A stretch of DNA of 64,000 bases from Lachnospiraceae bacterium UBA935 (GTDB lineage Bacteria > Bacillota > Clostridia > Lachnospirales > Lachnospiraceae), in the NCBI GenBank assembly GCA_002293525.1, contig DBDJ01000036.1, positions 33,082 to 97,081 on the forward strand, given 5' to 3'. The first letter of the stretch is position 1. Every line of letters begins with the position of its first letter. Position numbers and translations under genes: made by a program. Shown piece by piece: positions 17,620 through 27,028 of the stretch. The notes under the pieces were generated by a model. The model did not search any database. It saw only the letters and a list, made by a program, of their open reading frames with translations, and was not told where the DNA came from.

Positions 17620-17976
17620 ATGAGTGACACGATATCTAAAAAGATGACCAAACTTGCCATTGAAGCCTTGGAAAATAAAAAAGCAGAAGACATCCGTGTG
17701 ATCGACATCAGCAACGTATCCATACTGGGAGACTATTTCATTCTGGCCACGGGAAATAACCGCAACCAGATCCAGACCCTGAGCAATGAGGTGGAGCGGC
17801 TGCTGGGCCGGAACGGTTATCCGGTCAAACAGGTGGAAGGATATGACACTGCCAACTGGATACTGCTTGACTACGGCGATATCATCATTCATATCTTTGA
17901 CAAAGATAATCGTCTTTTCTACAATCTGGAAAGAATCTGGCGTGACGGGCGGGACATATCCCCACATGAATTCTAG
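17620..17976 (+). CDS. rsfS: Ribosome silencing factor RsfS
   Basis: KKAEDIRVIDI, DYFILATGNN and WILLDYGDIIIHIF motifs. Confidence 0.9.
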   Translation: MSDTISKKMTKLAIEALENKKAEDIRVIDISNVSILGDYFILATGNNRNQIQTLSNEVERLLGRNGYPVKQVEGYDTANWILLDYGDIIIHIFDKDNRLFYNLERIWRDGRDISPHEF

Positions 17977-17990
17977 TCAGGAGGTCAGTC

Positions 17991-19394
17991 GTGAATACAC
18001 ATATGAGAAGATTAGCCGGTAACAAACAGTTTTACAAGAGGATGCTGGCTATTTCTGTTCCGATCATGATCCAGCACGGTATCACTACGTTTGTATCGCT
18101 GCTGGACAATATCATGGTCGGCCAGATCGGGACAAACCAGATGTCCGGCGTTGCTATCGTGAATCAACTAATTTTTGTGTTTAATATCTGTATTTTCGGC
18201 GGGGTTTCTGGTGCCGGCATTTTTGGTGCCCAGTTTTTTGGTTCCGGTGACCACAAGGGCGTACAGAATACCTTCCGCTTCAAGATGATTATCTGTGCCC
18301 TGCTGACTTCCTTGGGGCTGTTCCTGTTTTTGAACCATAGTGATTTTCTGATCGGCCTGTATCTTCATGGCGATACAACTGCGGCCGCGCTGGAAACCGC
18401 CAGATATGCCCGTGAATATCTCCTGATCATGATCATCGGCCTGGTTCCCTTTGCCATTGAACAGGCCTATGCCGGAACCCTGCGGGAAACCGGTGAAACC
18501 GTATTGCCGATGACAGCGGGAATCTGTGCCGTCTTTGTCAATCTGTCACTTAATTATCTGTTGATTTTCGGCAAGTTCGGCTTTCCCGTACTGGGCGTGG
18601 CCGGAGCCGCTATTGCAACCGTGATTGCCCGCTTTGTGGAAATGGGCATTATCGTGCTATGGACCCATACTCATGCTGGTAAGAACAAATTTATTGTCGG
18701 TGCCTACAGAAAGTTCACCATCCCGGCCGGTTTATCCAAAGATATTATCATAAAAGGAACGCCGCTGATGCTGAATGAAGCCTTATGGGCCTCGGCGCAG
18801 TCCGTGCTGATGCAATGTTATTCTGTCCGGGGTCTTGCGGTAATTGCCGGCTTCAATATTAACTCGACGATAGGCAATTTTTTTAATATTGCCTTTATTG
18901 CCCTTGGCGGAGCTGTCGCCGTTATTGTCGGTCAGCTGCTGGGTGCCGGTAAAATGGAAGAAGCAAAGAGTACCGCTTGGCGGCTGCTTTTTTTCTCAGT
19001 TGCTTCCTGCATGGTCATGGGGCTGATCATGAGCCTATTTGCGCCGTTTTTCCCGCAGATCTACAATACTACCGAGGAGGTACGCAGCCTGTCAACCCGG
19101 TTTATCCTGGTTTCTGCCATTGCCTTACCGGTACACGGCTTTTTGCATTCGGCTTACTTTACCCTTAGGGCAGGCGGCAAAACCCTGATCACATTTCTGT
19201 TCGACAGTGTTTTTGCATGGTGTGTCAGCATTCCGCTGGCATATCTGCTAAGCCGGCATACACAGCTTCCCATTGTTCCGATTTATTTTATCGTTCAGAT
19301 GGCCGAGCTGCTAAAATGTGTCCTCGGTGTTTTTCTGTTAAAAAAAGGCTATTGGATCCAGAACATCGTAAACACGGAAAAGCGTGAGCATTGA
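17991..19394 (+). CDS. MATE family efflux transporter
   Basis: 467 aa, about 12 TM segments. N-terminal FYKRMLAISVPIMIQ..LLDNIMVGQ is typical of MATE. Confidence 0.85.
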   Translation: MNTHMRRLAGNKQFYKRMLAISVPIMIQHGITTFVSLLDNIMVGQIGTNQMSGVAIVNQLIFVFNICIFGGVSGAGIFGAQFFGSGDHKGVQNTFRFKMIICALLTSLGLFLFLNHSDFLIGLYLHGDTTAAALETARYAREYLLIMIIGLVPFAIEQAYAGTLRETGETVLPMTAGICAVFVNLSLNYLLIFGKFGFPVLGVAGAAIATVIARFVEMGIIVLWTHTHAGKNKFIVGAYRKFTIPAGLSKDIIIKGTPLMLNEALWASAQSVLMQCYSVRGLAVIAGFNINSTIGNFFNIAFIALGGAVAVIVGQLLGAGKMEEAKSTAWRLLFFSVASCMVMGLIMSLFAPFFPQIYNTTEEVRSLSTRFILVSAIALPVHGFLHSAYFTLRAGGKTLITFLFDSVFAWCVSIPLAYLLSRHTQLPIVPIYFIVQMAELLKCVLGVFLLKKGYWIQNIVNTEKREH

Positions 19395-19465
19395 CTGCCC
19401 ACGCTTTTTAAACAGTTACTTTTCCGATACCTCAACATATGCTACATTCTAAAATGCTCTTAATG

Positions 19466-19684
19466 TCAGTCCCGAATCCTGTCTCTGCCGCCCGCATACA
19501 TATAGAAGGTAAAGAGGTAAATTCCGCTGATACCTACAAGTGTATATATTATACGGGTAATCCATGACATATTACCAAAGATAAAGGAAACAAGGTTAAA
19601 GTCAAAAATACCGATTAAACCCCAGTTTAATGCACCTATTATGGCAATCGTCAAGGCGATGCAGTCCAAAGCTCTGTTATTCAT
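19466..19684 (-). CDS. DUF378 family small membrane protein
   Basis: 72 aa with the IALTIAIIGALNWGLIGIF motif of DUF378/YuzA. The only - strand gene in the left block. Confidence 0.75.
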   Translation of the reverse strand: MNNRALDCIALTIAIIGALNWGLIGIFDFNLVSFIFGNMSWITRIIYTLVGISGIYLFTFYMYAGGRDRIRD

Positions 19685-19808
19685 GATAATACCTCCATTC
19701 CGTTCTAAAGCTCATGAAAACACAAAAAATTGCTTTCGGTTTATTCTTACCTATCCATTATTTTTTATCCAACCATATTTATCAAAATTTCAACACGATT
19801 ATAAGATG

Positions 19809-19837
19809 TTGACAAAATCTGGATATTCCTGTATCAT
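19809..19837 (+). promoter_or_regulatory. Sigma-A-like promoter for the Liv-type ABC operon
   Basis: TTGACA (19809-19814), 17-nt spacer, TATCAT (19832-19837). Confidence 0.55.
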
Positions 19838-19873
19838 CTATTGTAATTTGAAATTAAATGGAGGAGAAATATT

Positions 19874-21058
19874 ATGAAGAAACTAAAAAAACTAATTGCA
19901 TTAACATTAGTCGCAACCCTGTCAATGACAGTTATTGCCGGTTGCGCTAGTGACAGTTCTGCTGATGCCACATTTAAGATTGGTGGCATTGGGCCAATTA
20001 CCGGAGGCAATGCCGCATACGGCTTAGGTGTTCAGTACGGTGCGCAGATTGCCGTAGATGAAATCAATGCGGCTGGCGGAATTAATGGGGTGGAAATCAG
20101 TTTTAATATGCAAGATGATGAAGCAGATCCTGAAAAAGCGGTAAATGCTTATAATACCTTAAAAGACTGGGGAATGAATATATTGATGGGCACTGTTACC
20201 AGTGGAAGCTGCGTGGCTGTCGCTGCCTTGACCATGGAAGAAAACATGTTCCAGCTTACCCCTTCCAGTTCTTCTGTTAATGTTATTGAAAACAATGATA
20301 ATGTATTTCAGGTATGTTTCACTGACCCTAATCAAGGAATTGGTTCTGCCCAATATATCGGAGAAAGCGGCATATTGGCTTCTGATGGGGCGGCTGTTGA
20401 TAAAGTAGCCGTTATTTATGACAGCTCTGATGTATATTCCAGTGGTATCTATGAAAAATTTGCTCAGGAAGCGGCAAATTACTCGACTTTCGACATAGTT
20501 GCAACTGAATCATTTACCGAAGACAACAAGTCTGATTTTTCAGTTCAGCTTCAGATTGCGAAGGATGCCGGCGCCGACCTGATCTATTTGCCGATATATT
20601 ATGAAGAGGCCTCTTTGATTCTGATACAAGCAGCCAATATGGATTATTCACCGATATTTTTCGGTTGCGATGGACTTGATGGTATTCTTAGCGTTGAAAA
20701 CTTTGACACCTCACTGGCTGAGGGCGTTGTTCTGCTGACACCTTTTGCTGCTGATGCTCAAGATGAGAATACCCAGGCATTTGTAGAAGAATATCAGAAA
20801 AGACATAATGAAATTCCTAATCAGTTTGCTGCCGATGCCTATGATGCGATCTATATCATAAAAGCGGCAATTGAAAAAAGCGGTGCTACTGCCGACATGA
20901 GTACTTCAGAGCTTTGCGACGCTTTGAAAATTGCCATGACAGAGGTTTCGGTGGACGGACTTACCGGCACCGAGATGACATGGGAAGCAACCGGTGAAGT
21001 TGACAAGGCTCCTAAAGCCATGAAGATAGTAGATGGCGTGTATCAGCTGATCCAGTAA
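19874..21058 (+). CDS. Branched-chain amino acid ABC transporter substrate-binding lipoprotein
   Basis: Lipobox (VIAGCAS) and a type-I periplasmic-binding fold of the LivJ/K class (KIGGIGPITG, DDEADPEKA). Confidence 0.85.
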   Translation: MKKLKKLIALTLVATLSMTVIAGCASDSSADATFKIGGIGPITGGNAAYGLGVQYGAQIAVDEINAAGGINGVEISFNMQDDEADPEKAVNAYNTLKDWGMNILMGTVTSGSCVAVAALTMEENMFQLTPSSSSVNVIENNDNVFQVCFTDPNQGIGSAQYIGESGILASDGAAVDKVAVIYDSSDVYSSGIYEKFAQEAANYSTFDIVATESFTEDNKSDFSVQLQIAKDAGADLIYLPIYYEEASLILIQAANMDYSPIFFGCDGLDGILSVENFDTSLAEGVVLLTPFAADAQDENTQAFVEEYQKRHNEIPNQFAADAYDAIYIIKAAIEKSGATADMSTSELCDALKIAMTEVSVDGLTGTEMTWEATGEVDKAPKAMKIVDGVYQLIQ

Positions 21059-21074
21059 TTGACAAGATTAACTA

Positions 21075-21196
21075 GGGAAACGCTGATGCAGCGTTTTCCG
21101 CGCCGGTTTTACGGCACAAAGTGCCAATATCCACTGTAATCCGTGCGCATCCCGCGGAGCGTCTAAGGAAATACTGATGCATCAGTGTTTCCCTGG
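21075..21196 (+). repeat. ~122-nt multi-hairpin intergenic repeat element, copy 2
   Basis: Starts 16 nt after the substrate-binding protein stop. Contains the micro-ORF 21086-21139. Confidence 0.9.
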
Positions 21197-21243
21197 AATT
21201 CAGTAATATGGTTGGATACGATAATTATTAGTGAAAATAAGAG

Positions 21244-21305
21244 CTTTCAGCCCGGATATATTGTGATCCTATGATCTCATTTGACCGGGCTGAAAGTTAT
21301 TTATC
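21244..21305 (+). terminator. Terminator/attenuator-like hairpin between the binding-protein and permease genes
   Basis: CTTTCAGCCCGG (21244-21255) pairs with CCGGGCTGAAAG (21285-21296), followed by TTATTTATCTT. Confidence 0.5.
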
Positions 21306-21440
21306 TTGCCTTTTCCCCATTTTACTGTTATACTAAATCATTGATTTCCATTTTTTTATTCATAAATTTCTAATCATTAAATTTTTAATCAATATTAATT
21401 AATAAACGTACAACAAGCGTATAACAATGGAGATTACGGT

Positions 21441-22328
21441 ATGATGAGTTTTCTAAATCATTTAATAAGAGGCATCAGCCTCGGAAGTGTCTACGCCATT
21501 ATAGCCCTCGGCTATACCATGGTATATGGGATTGCCAAAATGCTTAACTTTGCCCATGGCGACGTCATTATGGTAGGGAGCTTTGCCATATACTGGGGCG
21601 TCAGCATGCAAGGACTGCCACCGGTTCTGGCCATCTTGCTTTCCATCGTTCTCTGTACTGTCATGGGGATTACCATTGAATTTATTGCCTATCGTCCGTT
21701 ACGGCAGTCGGCATCTTCTCTGGTGGTGCTGATTACTGCCATCGGCGTGAGTTATTTTCTGCAGAATCTTGCCTTGCTCATTTTTGGTGCCAATACCAAG
21801 ACGTTTACATCAATGATTCCGCTGGAAACACTCCGGTTTGCCGGAGGAGACATCAGCATTTCCGGGGAAGCGATCGTAACCATGTTATGCTGTCTGATCA
21901 TTATGACCGGACTCACCCTTTTTATCCGGAAAACGAAACCCGGCCAAGCCATGTTAGCCGTATCGGAAGACAAAGGAGCTGCCCAGTTGATGGGGATCAA
22001 CGTAAACGGCACGATCAGCCTGACTTTTGCCATTGGTTCCGGCCTGGCGGCGATTGCCGGCCTCCTGCTTTGTTCCGCTTATCCGGCACTGACACCGTAT
22101 ACTGGTTCCATGCCGGGTATCAAAGCTTTTGTGGCGGCTGTCTTCGGCGGGATCGGTTCGATCCCCGGCGCCCTGATCGGCGGTGTCGTACTCGGCATCA
22201 TTGAAACCCTCGGCAAGGCCTATATTTCCTCACAGATGGCCGATGTTATCGTCTTTATCGTATTGATTATTGTCCTATTAGTGAAACCAACCGGCTTATT
22301 AGGCCGTAAACTTCAGGAAAAGGTGTAA
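21441..22328 (+). CDS. livH: Branched-chain amino acid ABC transporter permease (LivH-type)
   Basis: 295 aa, polytopic, with GYTMVYGIAKMLNFAHGD typical of LivH. Confidence 0.85.
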   Translation: MMSFLNHLIRGISLGSVYAIIALGYTMVYGIAKMLNFAHGDVIMVGSFAIYWGVSMQGLPPVLAILLSIVLCTVMGITIEFIAYRPLRQSASSLVVLITAIGVSYFLQNLALLIFGANTKTFTSMIPLETLRFAGGDISISGEAIVTMLCCLIIMTGLTLFIRKTKPGQAMLAVSEDKGAAQLMGINVNGTISLTFAIGSGLAAIAGLLLCSAYPALTPYTGSMPGIKAFVAAVFGGIGSIPGALIGGVVLGIIETLGKAYISSQMADVIVFIVLIIVLLVKPTGLLGRKLQEKV

Positions 22329-22343
22329 TTCAGGAGGTAGATT

Positions 22344-23423
22344 GTGAAAAGTAAAATAACGAAAGGGAAAGACAATCTGATCACCTATGGCATTGTTCTG
22401 ATTTCCTATGTAATCGCGCAGATATTAATATCCGCCGGCCAGATGTCCTATCTGCTGCAGGGACTTTTGGTTCCGATCTGTGTTAGCGTTATTTTGGCCG
22501 TATCCCTTAACCTTACGGTAGGCATACTGGGAGAACTGAGTCTCGGCCATGCCGGCTTTATGTGCCTCGGTGCCTATTTCGGTGCCATTTTTACCCATTG
22601 CATGAAAGATATCATTACGTTCAGTCCGCTCCGTTTTTTCTTAGCCCTTCTGATCGGTGCTGTTGTTGCCGGTTTCTTTGGTTTCCTGATCGGTATGCCG
22701 GTGCTGCGCCTCCGCGGTGATTATCTGGCCATTGTAACCCTGGCGTTTGGAGAAATCATCAAAAACGTCGCCAATGCCCTTTATCTCGGCATTGACCGTA
22801 ACGGTTTACATATTTCCCTGAAGGATTCCCTGTCATTGAACCTGGAAGAGGACGGGACAGTGATTATCAAGGGCGCTCAAGGGATTATCAGCACTCCCCG
22901 CGACGCTAATTTTACGATCGGAGTCATACTGATCTTAATTACGTTGTTCATCATTATGAATCTGGTAAAATCCCGGGACGGCCGGGCCATTATGGCGATC
23001 CGTGACAATCGGATCGCTGCCGAATCTATCGGGATCAACATCACCAAATATAAGCTGATGGCTTTTTCCCTATCCGCAGCCCTGGCCGGGATAGCCGGCG
23101 TATTATATTCACATAACATTAGCAGCTTAGTAGCGACTACGAATACTTTCGGTTATAATATGTCGATCCTGATCCTGGTCTACGTCGTGCTGGGCGGCAT
23201 CGGCAATATCCGTGGCTCTATCATAGCAGCTGCCATCCTGACCCTGCTTCCGGAGGTTCTGCGCTTTCTTGACGAACAGCGGATGCTGATTTATGCCATC
23301 GTACTGATTGCCATGATGCTGTTCCGCTGGAGCCCGCAGATCATCGCATGGCGCGAGCAGCATTCACTTAAGAACCTGCTGCAAAAGTTCAAAAAAACAA
23401 CGTCAAAGAAGGAGGTGCGGTAA
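22344..23423 (+). CDS. livM: Branched-chain amino acid ABC transporter permease (LivM-type)
   Basis: 359 aa, GTG start, with GELSLGHAGFM and GDYLAIVTLAFGEI motifs. Confidence 0.85.
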   Translation: MKSKITKGKDNLITYGIVLISYVIAQILISAGQMSYLLQGLLVPICVSVILAVSLNLTVGILGELSLGHAGFMCLGAYFGAIFTHCMKDIITFSPLRFFLALLIGAVVAGFFGFLIGMPVLRLRGDYLAIVTLAFGEIIKNVANALYLGIDRNGLHISLKDSLSLNLEEDGTVIIKGAQGIISTPRDANFTIGVILILITLFIIMNLVKSRDGRAIMAIRDNRIAAESIGINITKYKLMAFSLSAALAGIAGVLYSHNISSLVATTNTFGYNMSILILVYVVLGGIGNIRGSIIAAAILTLLPEVLRFLDEQRMLIYAIVLIAMMLFRWSPQIIAWREQHSLKNLLQKFKKTTSKKEVR

Positions 23424-23424
23424 C

Positions 23425-24183
23425 ATGGCTTTATTGGAAGTGACCAATCTGAGTATTTCTTTCGGCGGACTGCGGGCAGTGGAGGACTTTTCCGTTTCCA
23501 TTGAGAAAGGACAGCTCTACGGCCTGATCGGGCCTAACGGTGCCGGCAAAACCACAGTATTCAATCTGCTTACTGGCGTGTATAAGCCAGATGAAGGGCT
23601 TATTCATCTGGAAGGCAAGAATATCACCAATCTGAGGACTATTGATATCAATAAAGAAGGAATCGCCAGGACTTTCCAAAATATCCGTCTTTTCAAAAAT
23701 CTGACCGTACTGGATAACGTAAAAGCCGGCCTGCATAACCGATATCACTATTCTGCCATAGAAGGGATTCTGCGTCTGCCCCGCTTCCATAAGACCGAGA
23801 AAATCATGAACGAAAAAGCCTACGAGCTTTTAAAAGTCTTTGAACTGGAAGGAGAAGCCGACTATCTGGCCGCCAACCTGCCTTATGGAAAGCAGCGCAA
23901 GCTGGAAATCGCCAGGGCACTGGCCACCGGACCGAGGCTGCTTTTGCTGGATGAGCCGGCGGCCGGGATGAACCCGAACGAGACCAAGGAACTGATGGAT
24001 ACCATCCGCTTTGTCCGCAAGGAATTTGACATGACCATCCTGCTGATCGAACATGATATGAAGCTGGTAGCCGGTATCTGCGAGGAACTTACCGTCTTGA
24101 ATTTCGGAAAAATACTGACGAGCGGCGAAACCTCAGAAGTATTGAATGACAGCCGCGTAATTACCGCCTATCTTGGTGAATAA
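23425..24183 (+). CDS. livG: ABC transporter ATP-binding protein (LivG-type)
   Basis: Walker A GPNGAGKTT, signature LPYGKQRKLE, Walker B LLLLDEP. Confidence 0.9.
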   Translation: MALLEVTNLSISFGGLRAVEDFSVSIEKGQLYGLIGPNGAGKTTVFNLLTGVYKPDEGLIHLEGKNITNLRTIDINKEGIARTFQNIRLFKNLTVLDNVKAGLHNRYHYSAIEGILRLPRFHKTEKIMNEKAYELLKVFELEGEADYLAANLPYGKQRKLEIARALATGPRLLLLDEPAAGMNPNETKELMDTIRFVRKEFDMTILLIEHDMKLVAGICEELTVLNFGKILTSGETSEVLNDSRVITAYLGE

Positions 24184-24234
24184 GCATTATGACTCCCGCT
24201 TTATGGGCCGGATATCAAACAAGGAGAGCTTGCA

Positions 24235-24945
24235 ATGGCAATGTTGGAAATAAATGACCTGGCAGTGTACTATGGCATGATCCAGGCCGTAAAAGGTATT
24301 TCTTTTGAAGTAAAGGAGGGCGAAGTCATCGCCCTGATCGGTGCCAACGGTGCCGGGAAAACCACTATCCTGCACACGATTACCGGCCTGCTGTCGCCCA
24401 AAAGCGGACGCATCCTCTTTAACGGAATCGATATTACCAAAGTCAAAAGCCACAAAATTGTGTCGATGGGCATGTCCCATGTGCCGGAGGGAAGGAGGGT
24501 GTTTGCCCAGCTGACGGTGCTGCAGAACCTGCTTCTAGGTGCCTATACCCGCAAAGACAAGGCCTCTGTCCAGGAAACCTTAAAAAACATCTATCAGCGC
24601 TTTCCCCGACTGCTGGAACGTAAAAATCAGCTCGCCGGAACCTTAAGCGGCGGCGAGCAACAGATGTTAGCCATGGGACGTGCCTTAATGTCCCGTCCTA
24701 AAATCCTGCTGATGGATGAGCCTTCCATGGGCCTGTCACCGATATTTGTCAACGAAATATTTAGTATCATCGAAGAAGTAAGCAGCAGCGGAACCACCGT
24801 ACTGCTGGTTGAACAAAATGCCAAAAAAGCGCTTTCTATTGCCGACCGGGCTTATGTATTGGAGACCGGATCGATTGCCCTGGAGGGAAAAGCAAGTGAC
24901 CTTTTGAACAACGATTCCATTAAAAAAGCCTATCTCGGCGAGTAA
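24235..24945 (+). CDS. livF: ABC transporter ATP-binding protein (LivF-type)
   Basis: Walker A GANGAGKTT, signature LSGGEQQML, Walker B ILLMDEP. Confidence 0.9.
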   Translation: MAMLEINDLAVYYGMIQAVKGISFEVKEGEVIALIGANGAGKTTILHTITGLLSPKSGRILFNGIDITKVKSHKIVSMGMSHVPEGRRVFAQLTVLQNLLLGAYTRKDKASVQETLKNIYQRFPRLLERKNQLAGTLSGGEQQMLAMGRALMSRPKILLMDEPSMGLSPIFVNEIFSIIEEVSSSGTTVLLVEQNAKKALSIADRAYVLETGSIALEGKASDLLNNDSIKKAYLGE

Positions 24946-24972
24946 CTTTCACTTAAAACAGGAGAGAAGCCT

Positions 24973-25605
24973 ATGAATAAGGTAGTAATAACGATTGCCA
25001 GACAATATGGGAGCGGCGGAAGAACCGTCGGTGAAATGCTGGCTAAAGACCTGGGAATCAAATATTATGACCGCGAACTGCTCAAACTAGCTTCCGATGA
25101 AAGCGGAATCAATGAGCAGCTTTTTGAAACTGCCGATGAGAAACTGAAAAGCACGCGCTTATTCAAAATAGCCCGCAAAGTATATAGCGGCGAACTGATC
25201 CCGCCGGAAAGCGACGAGTTTACTTCCAATGACAATCTATTTAATTATCAGGCCAAAATCATCAAAGAGCTTGCAGAAGAGGAAGCCTGCGTCATAATCG
25301 GCCGTTGTGCGGATTATATATTAAAGGATTACTCCCATGTACTGAGCGTATTTATTCATGCTCCGGAAGACTTCTGTATCACCGAGGCCATGAAAAAGTT
25401 AAGCATGCCACTGAAAGAAATTGACAGGTTCATCACCAAAACGGATCGCCGCAAAGCAGAATATTACAAATACTATACCGGCCGGGATTGGACCGATGCC
25501 CGCAATTATGATTTATGTCTAGACAGCTCCAAACTGGGATTTGAAAGATGCGTAGAGGAAATAAAGGCATATATCCGGATCCGGTTTCCAGATTATATAT
25601 TTTAG
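24973..25605 (+). CDS. Cytidylate kinase-like family protein
   Basis: ITIARQYGSGGRTVGEMLAK is the P-loop-like N-terminus of this family. Paralog of 31013-31636. Confidence 0.7.
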   Translation: MNKVVITIARQYGSGGRTVGEMLAKDLGIKYYDRELLKLASDESGINEQLFETADEKLKSTRLFKIARKVYSGELIPPESDEFTSNDNLFNYQAKIIKELAEEEACVIIGRCADYILKDYSHVLSVFIHAPEDFCITEAMKKLSMPLKEIDRFITKTDRRKAEYYKYYTGRDWTDARNYDLCLDSSKLGFERCVEEIKAYIRIRFPDYIF

Positions 25606-25630
25606 CCATACATATATCAGACAAAAAGAA

Positions 25631-25662
25631 AACGAGCTAAAATCCCTGTATTTCAGCTCGTT
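25631..25662. terminator. Bidirectional terminator-like hairpin between convergent genes
   Basis: AACGAGCTAAAAT pairs with ATTTCAGCTCGTT (one mismatch), flanked by an A-run and TAAAT. Confidence 0.55.
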
Positions 25663-25746
25663 AAATAAATCTAAATTAATATGTTTACTCTAATGAAAGT
25701 TTAATGATAACTTATATATATATCTTTTATATATATCTTTATATAT

Positions 25747-26364
25747 CTAATGAAACAATCTAAAAACTCCAAAGACCTTTCCAAGAATCTGACAGTCCGG
25801 AACGATAATAGGAGCCATACTATCATTTTCCGGCTGAAGGCGGATATAGCCGTTTTCTTTGTAGAACGTCTTCACAGTAGCAGAGTCATCAATCAGAGCC
25901 ACTGCCATATCACCGTTATTTACGGAATCACATGCGTTAACAAAGACCTGATCACCGTCAAATATTCCGACATTGATCATGGAATCGCCCCTTACCTTCA
26001 AAATAAATGATTCGCCTGAAGGAACCACTTCTGCCGGAACGGGAAAATAACTTTCAATATTTTCCTCGGCTAAGATCGGCTGGCCGGCAGCAACATAGCC
26101 TAGAACCGGCAGGCTGACCATTTCCGTGCGGATCTGCTGAAAGCTATCATCACAAATCTCAATAGCTCGCGGTTTTGTCGGATCCCTCCGAATATAGCCG
26201 TTTTTTTCCAAGGTTTCCAGATGGGAGTGAACCGAAGAAGTCGACTTCAGATTGACGGCCTCGCAGATATCCCGGACAGAAGGCGGATAACCTTTATGAA
26301 GAATCTGATCTTTAATATAATTTAAAATTTCCTGCTGTTTGTTAGATATTTTTCCCTGACTCAT
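25747..26364 (-). CDS. lexA: SOS repressor LexA
   Basis: Winged-HTH N-terminus ([13 protein letters not shown]), AG cleavage site (VAAGQP), and S24 peptidase Ser/Lys (GDSM, VKTF). Confidence 0.95.
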   Translation of the reverse strand: MSQGKISNKQQEILNYIKDQILHKGYPPSVRDICEAVNLKSTSSVHSHLETLEKNGYIRRDPTKPRAIEICDDSFQQIRTEMVSLPVLGYVAAGQPILAEENIESYFPVPAEVVPSGESFILKVRGDSMINVGIFDGDQVFVNACDSVNNGDMAVALIDDSATVKTFYKENGYIRLQPENDSMAPIIVPDCQILGKVFGVFRLFH

Positions 26365-26433
26365 GATATCTCCTTTCTCTATTTAACTACTTTGTCTTAT
26401 TTGTCTTATTTTTCCATAAATCATCTTTTTTTC

Positions 26434-26462
26434 ATCATAACACAAGAAATCTCAAAAAGCAA
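26434..26462 (-). promoter_or_regulatory. Candidate lexA promoter
   Basis: On the - strand: TTGCTT, 17 nt, TATGAT. Confidence 0.45.
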
Positions 26463-26472
26463 ACATATATTC
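26461..26472. promoter_or_regulatory. Degenerate LexA (Cheo) box overlapping the lexA -35
   Basis: The - strand reads GAATATATGTTT versus the Firmicutes consensus GAAC-N4-GTTC (10 of 12 to CGAACATATGTTCG). Confidence 0.4.
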
Positions 26473-26493
26473 CAAATATTTGTTCGAAAATGC

Positions 26494-26522
26494 TTGACAC
26501 CAGAATACACGTTCGATATAAT
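26494..26522 (+). promoter_or_regulatory. Sigma-A promoter of the yneA-like gene
   Basis: TTGACA (26494-26499), 17-nt spacer, TATAAT (26517-26522). Confidence 0.6.
26503..26514. promoter_or_regulatory. LexA box within the promoter spacer
   Basis: GAATACACGTTC, one mismatch from GAAC-N4-GTTC. Confidence 0.55.
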
Positions 26523-26531
26523 AACATTGTG

Positions 26532-26543
26532 GAACACTTGTTC
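26532..26543. promoter_or_regulatory. LexA box just downstream of the -10
   Basis: GAACACTTGTTC, a perfect GAAC-N4-GTTC. Confidence 0.7.
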
Positions 26544-26647
26544 CCGGCATTTTATTGCGTAACACTTTAAACAATAAGATCCTTTGTAAAAAATACACCA
26601 TGTAATATTAGTTCTTAGGCATGCGGCCTTAGAGAAGCGGAGGCAAG

Positions 26648-27028
26648 ATGGACAATTTAGCACTATATAAAAGTGATATGAGACGAATCCAGAATAAGAA
26701 GATGAGACAGCGTCAGCTTAAGCACAATATTATTACCGGTATTACCGCCCTTGTCCTGATTATCGCCTTAACTATTGCCTTGGGCAGCATAATAGCGTAT
26801 GCACAGTCTGCTAACAAAGAACATATGTATAAATATTACACCAGCATAGAAGTTCATTATGGTGAAACCCTATGGACAATTGCTGAAAATAATATGGATA
26901 CCAGCCAGTATAAAGACATGGATACTTACATCGACGAAGTATTACATATTAATCATTTACAGGATGACACTATTATTACCGGTCAGCATTTAATCATACC
27001 TTACTTTTCAAGCCAGTTTGTAAACTGA
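26648..27028 (+). CDS. YneA-like LysM-domain membrane protein (putative SOS cell-division inhibitor)
   Basis: 126 aa with an N-terminal TM (ITALVLIIALTIALGSII) and a C-terminal LysM (HYGETLWTIA..HLIIPY). Divergent from lexA behind LexA boxes, as for B. subtilis yneA. Confidence 0.6.
   Translation: MDNLALYKSDMRRIQNKKMRQRQLKHNIITGITALVLIIALTIALGSIIAYAQSANKEHMYKYYTSIEVHYGETLWTIAENNMDTSQYKDMDTYIDEVLHINHLQDDTIITGQHLIIPYFSSQFVN

Noticed and set aside
17617-17967. 116-aa - strand ORF mirroring rsfS almost exactly.
   Set aside because: The + strand product has clear RsfS motifs, while the mirror frame has none.
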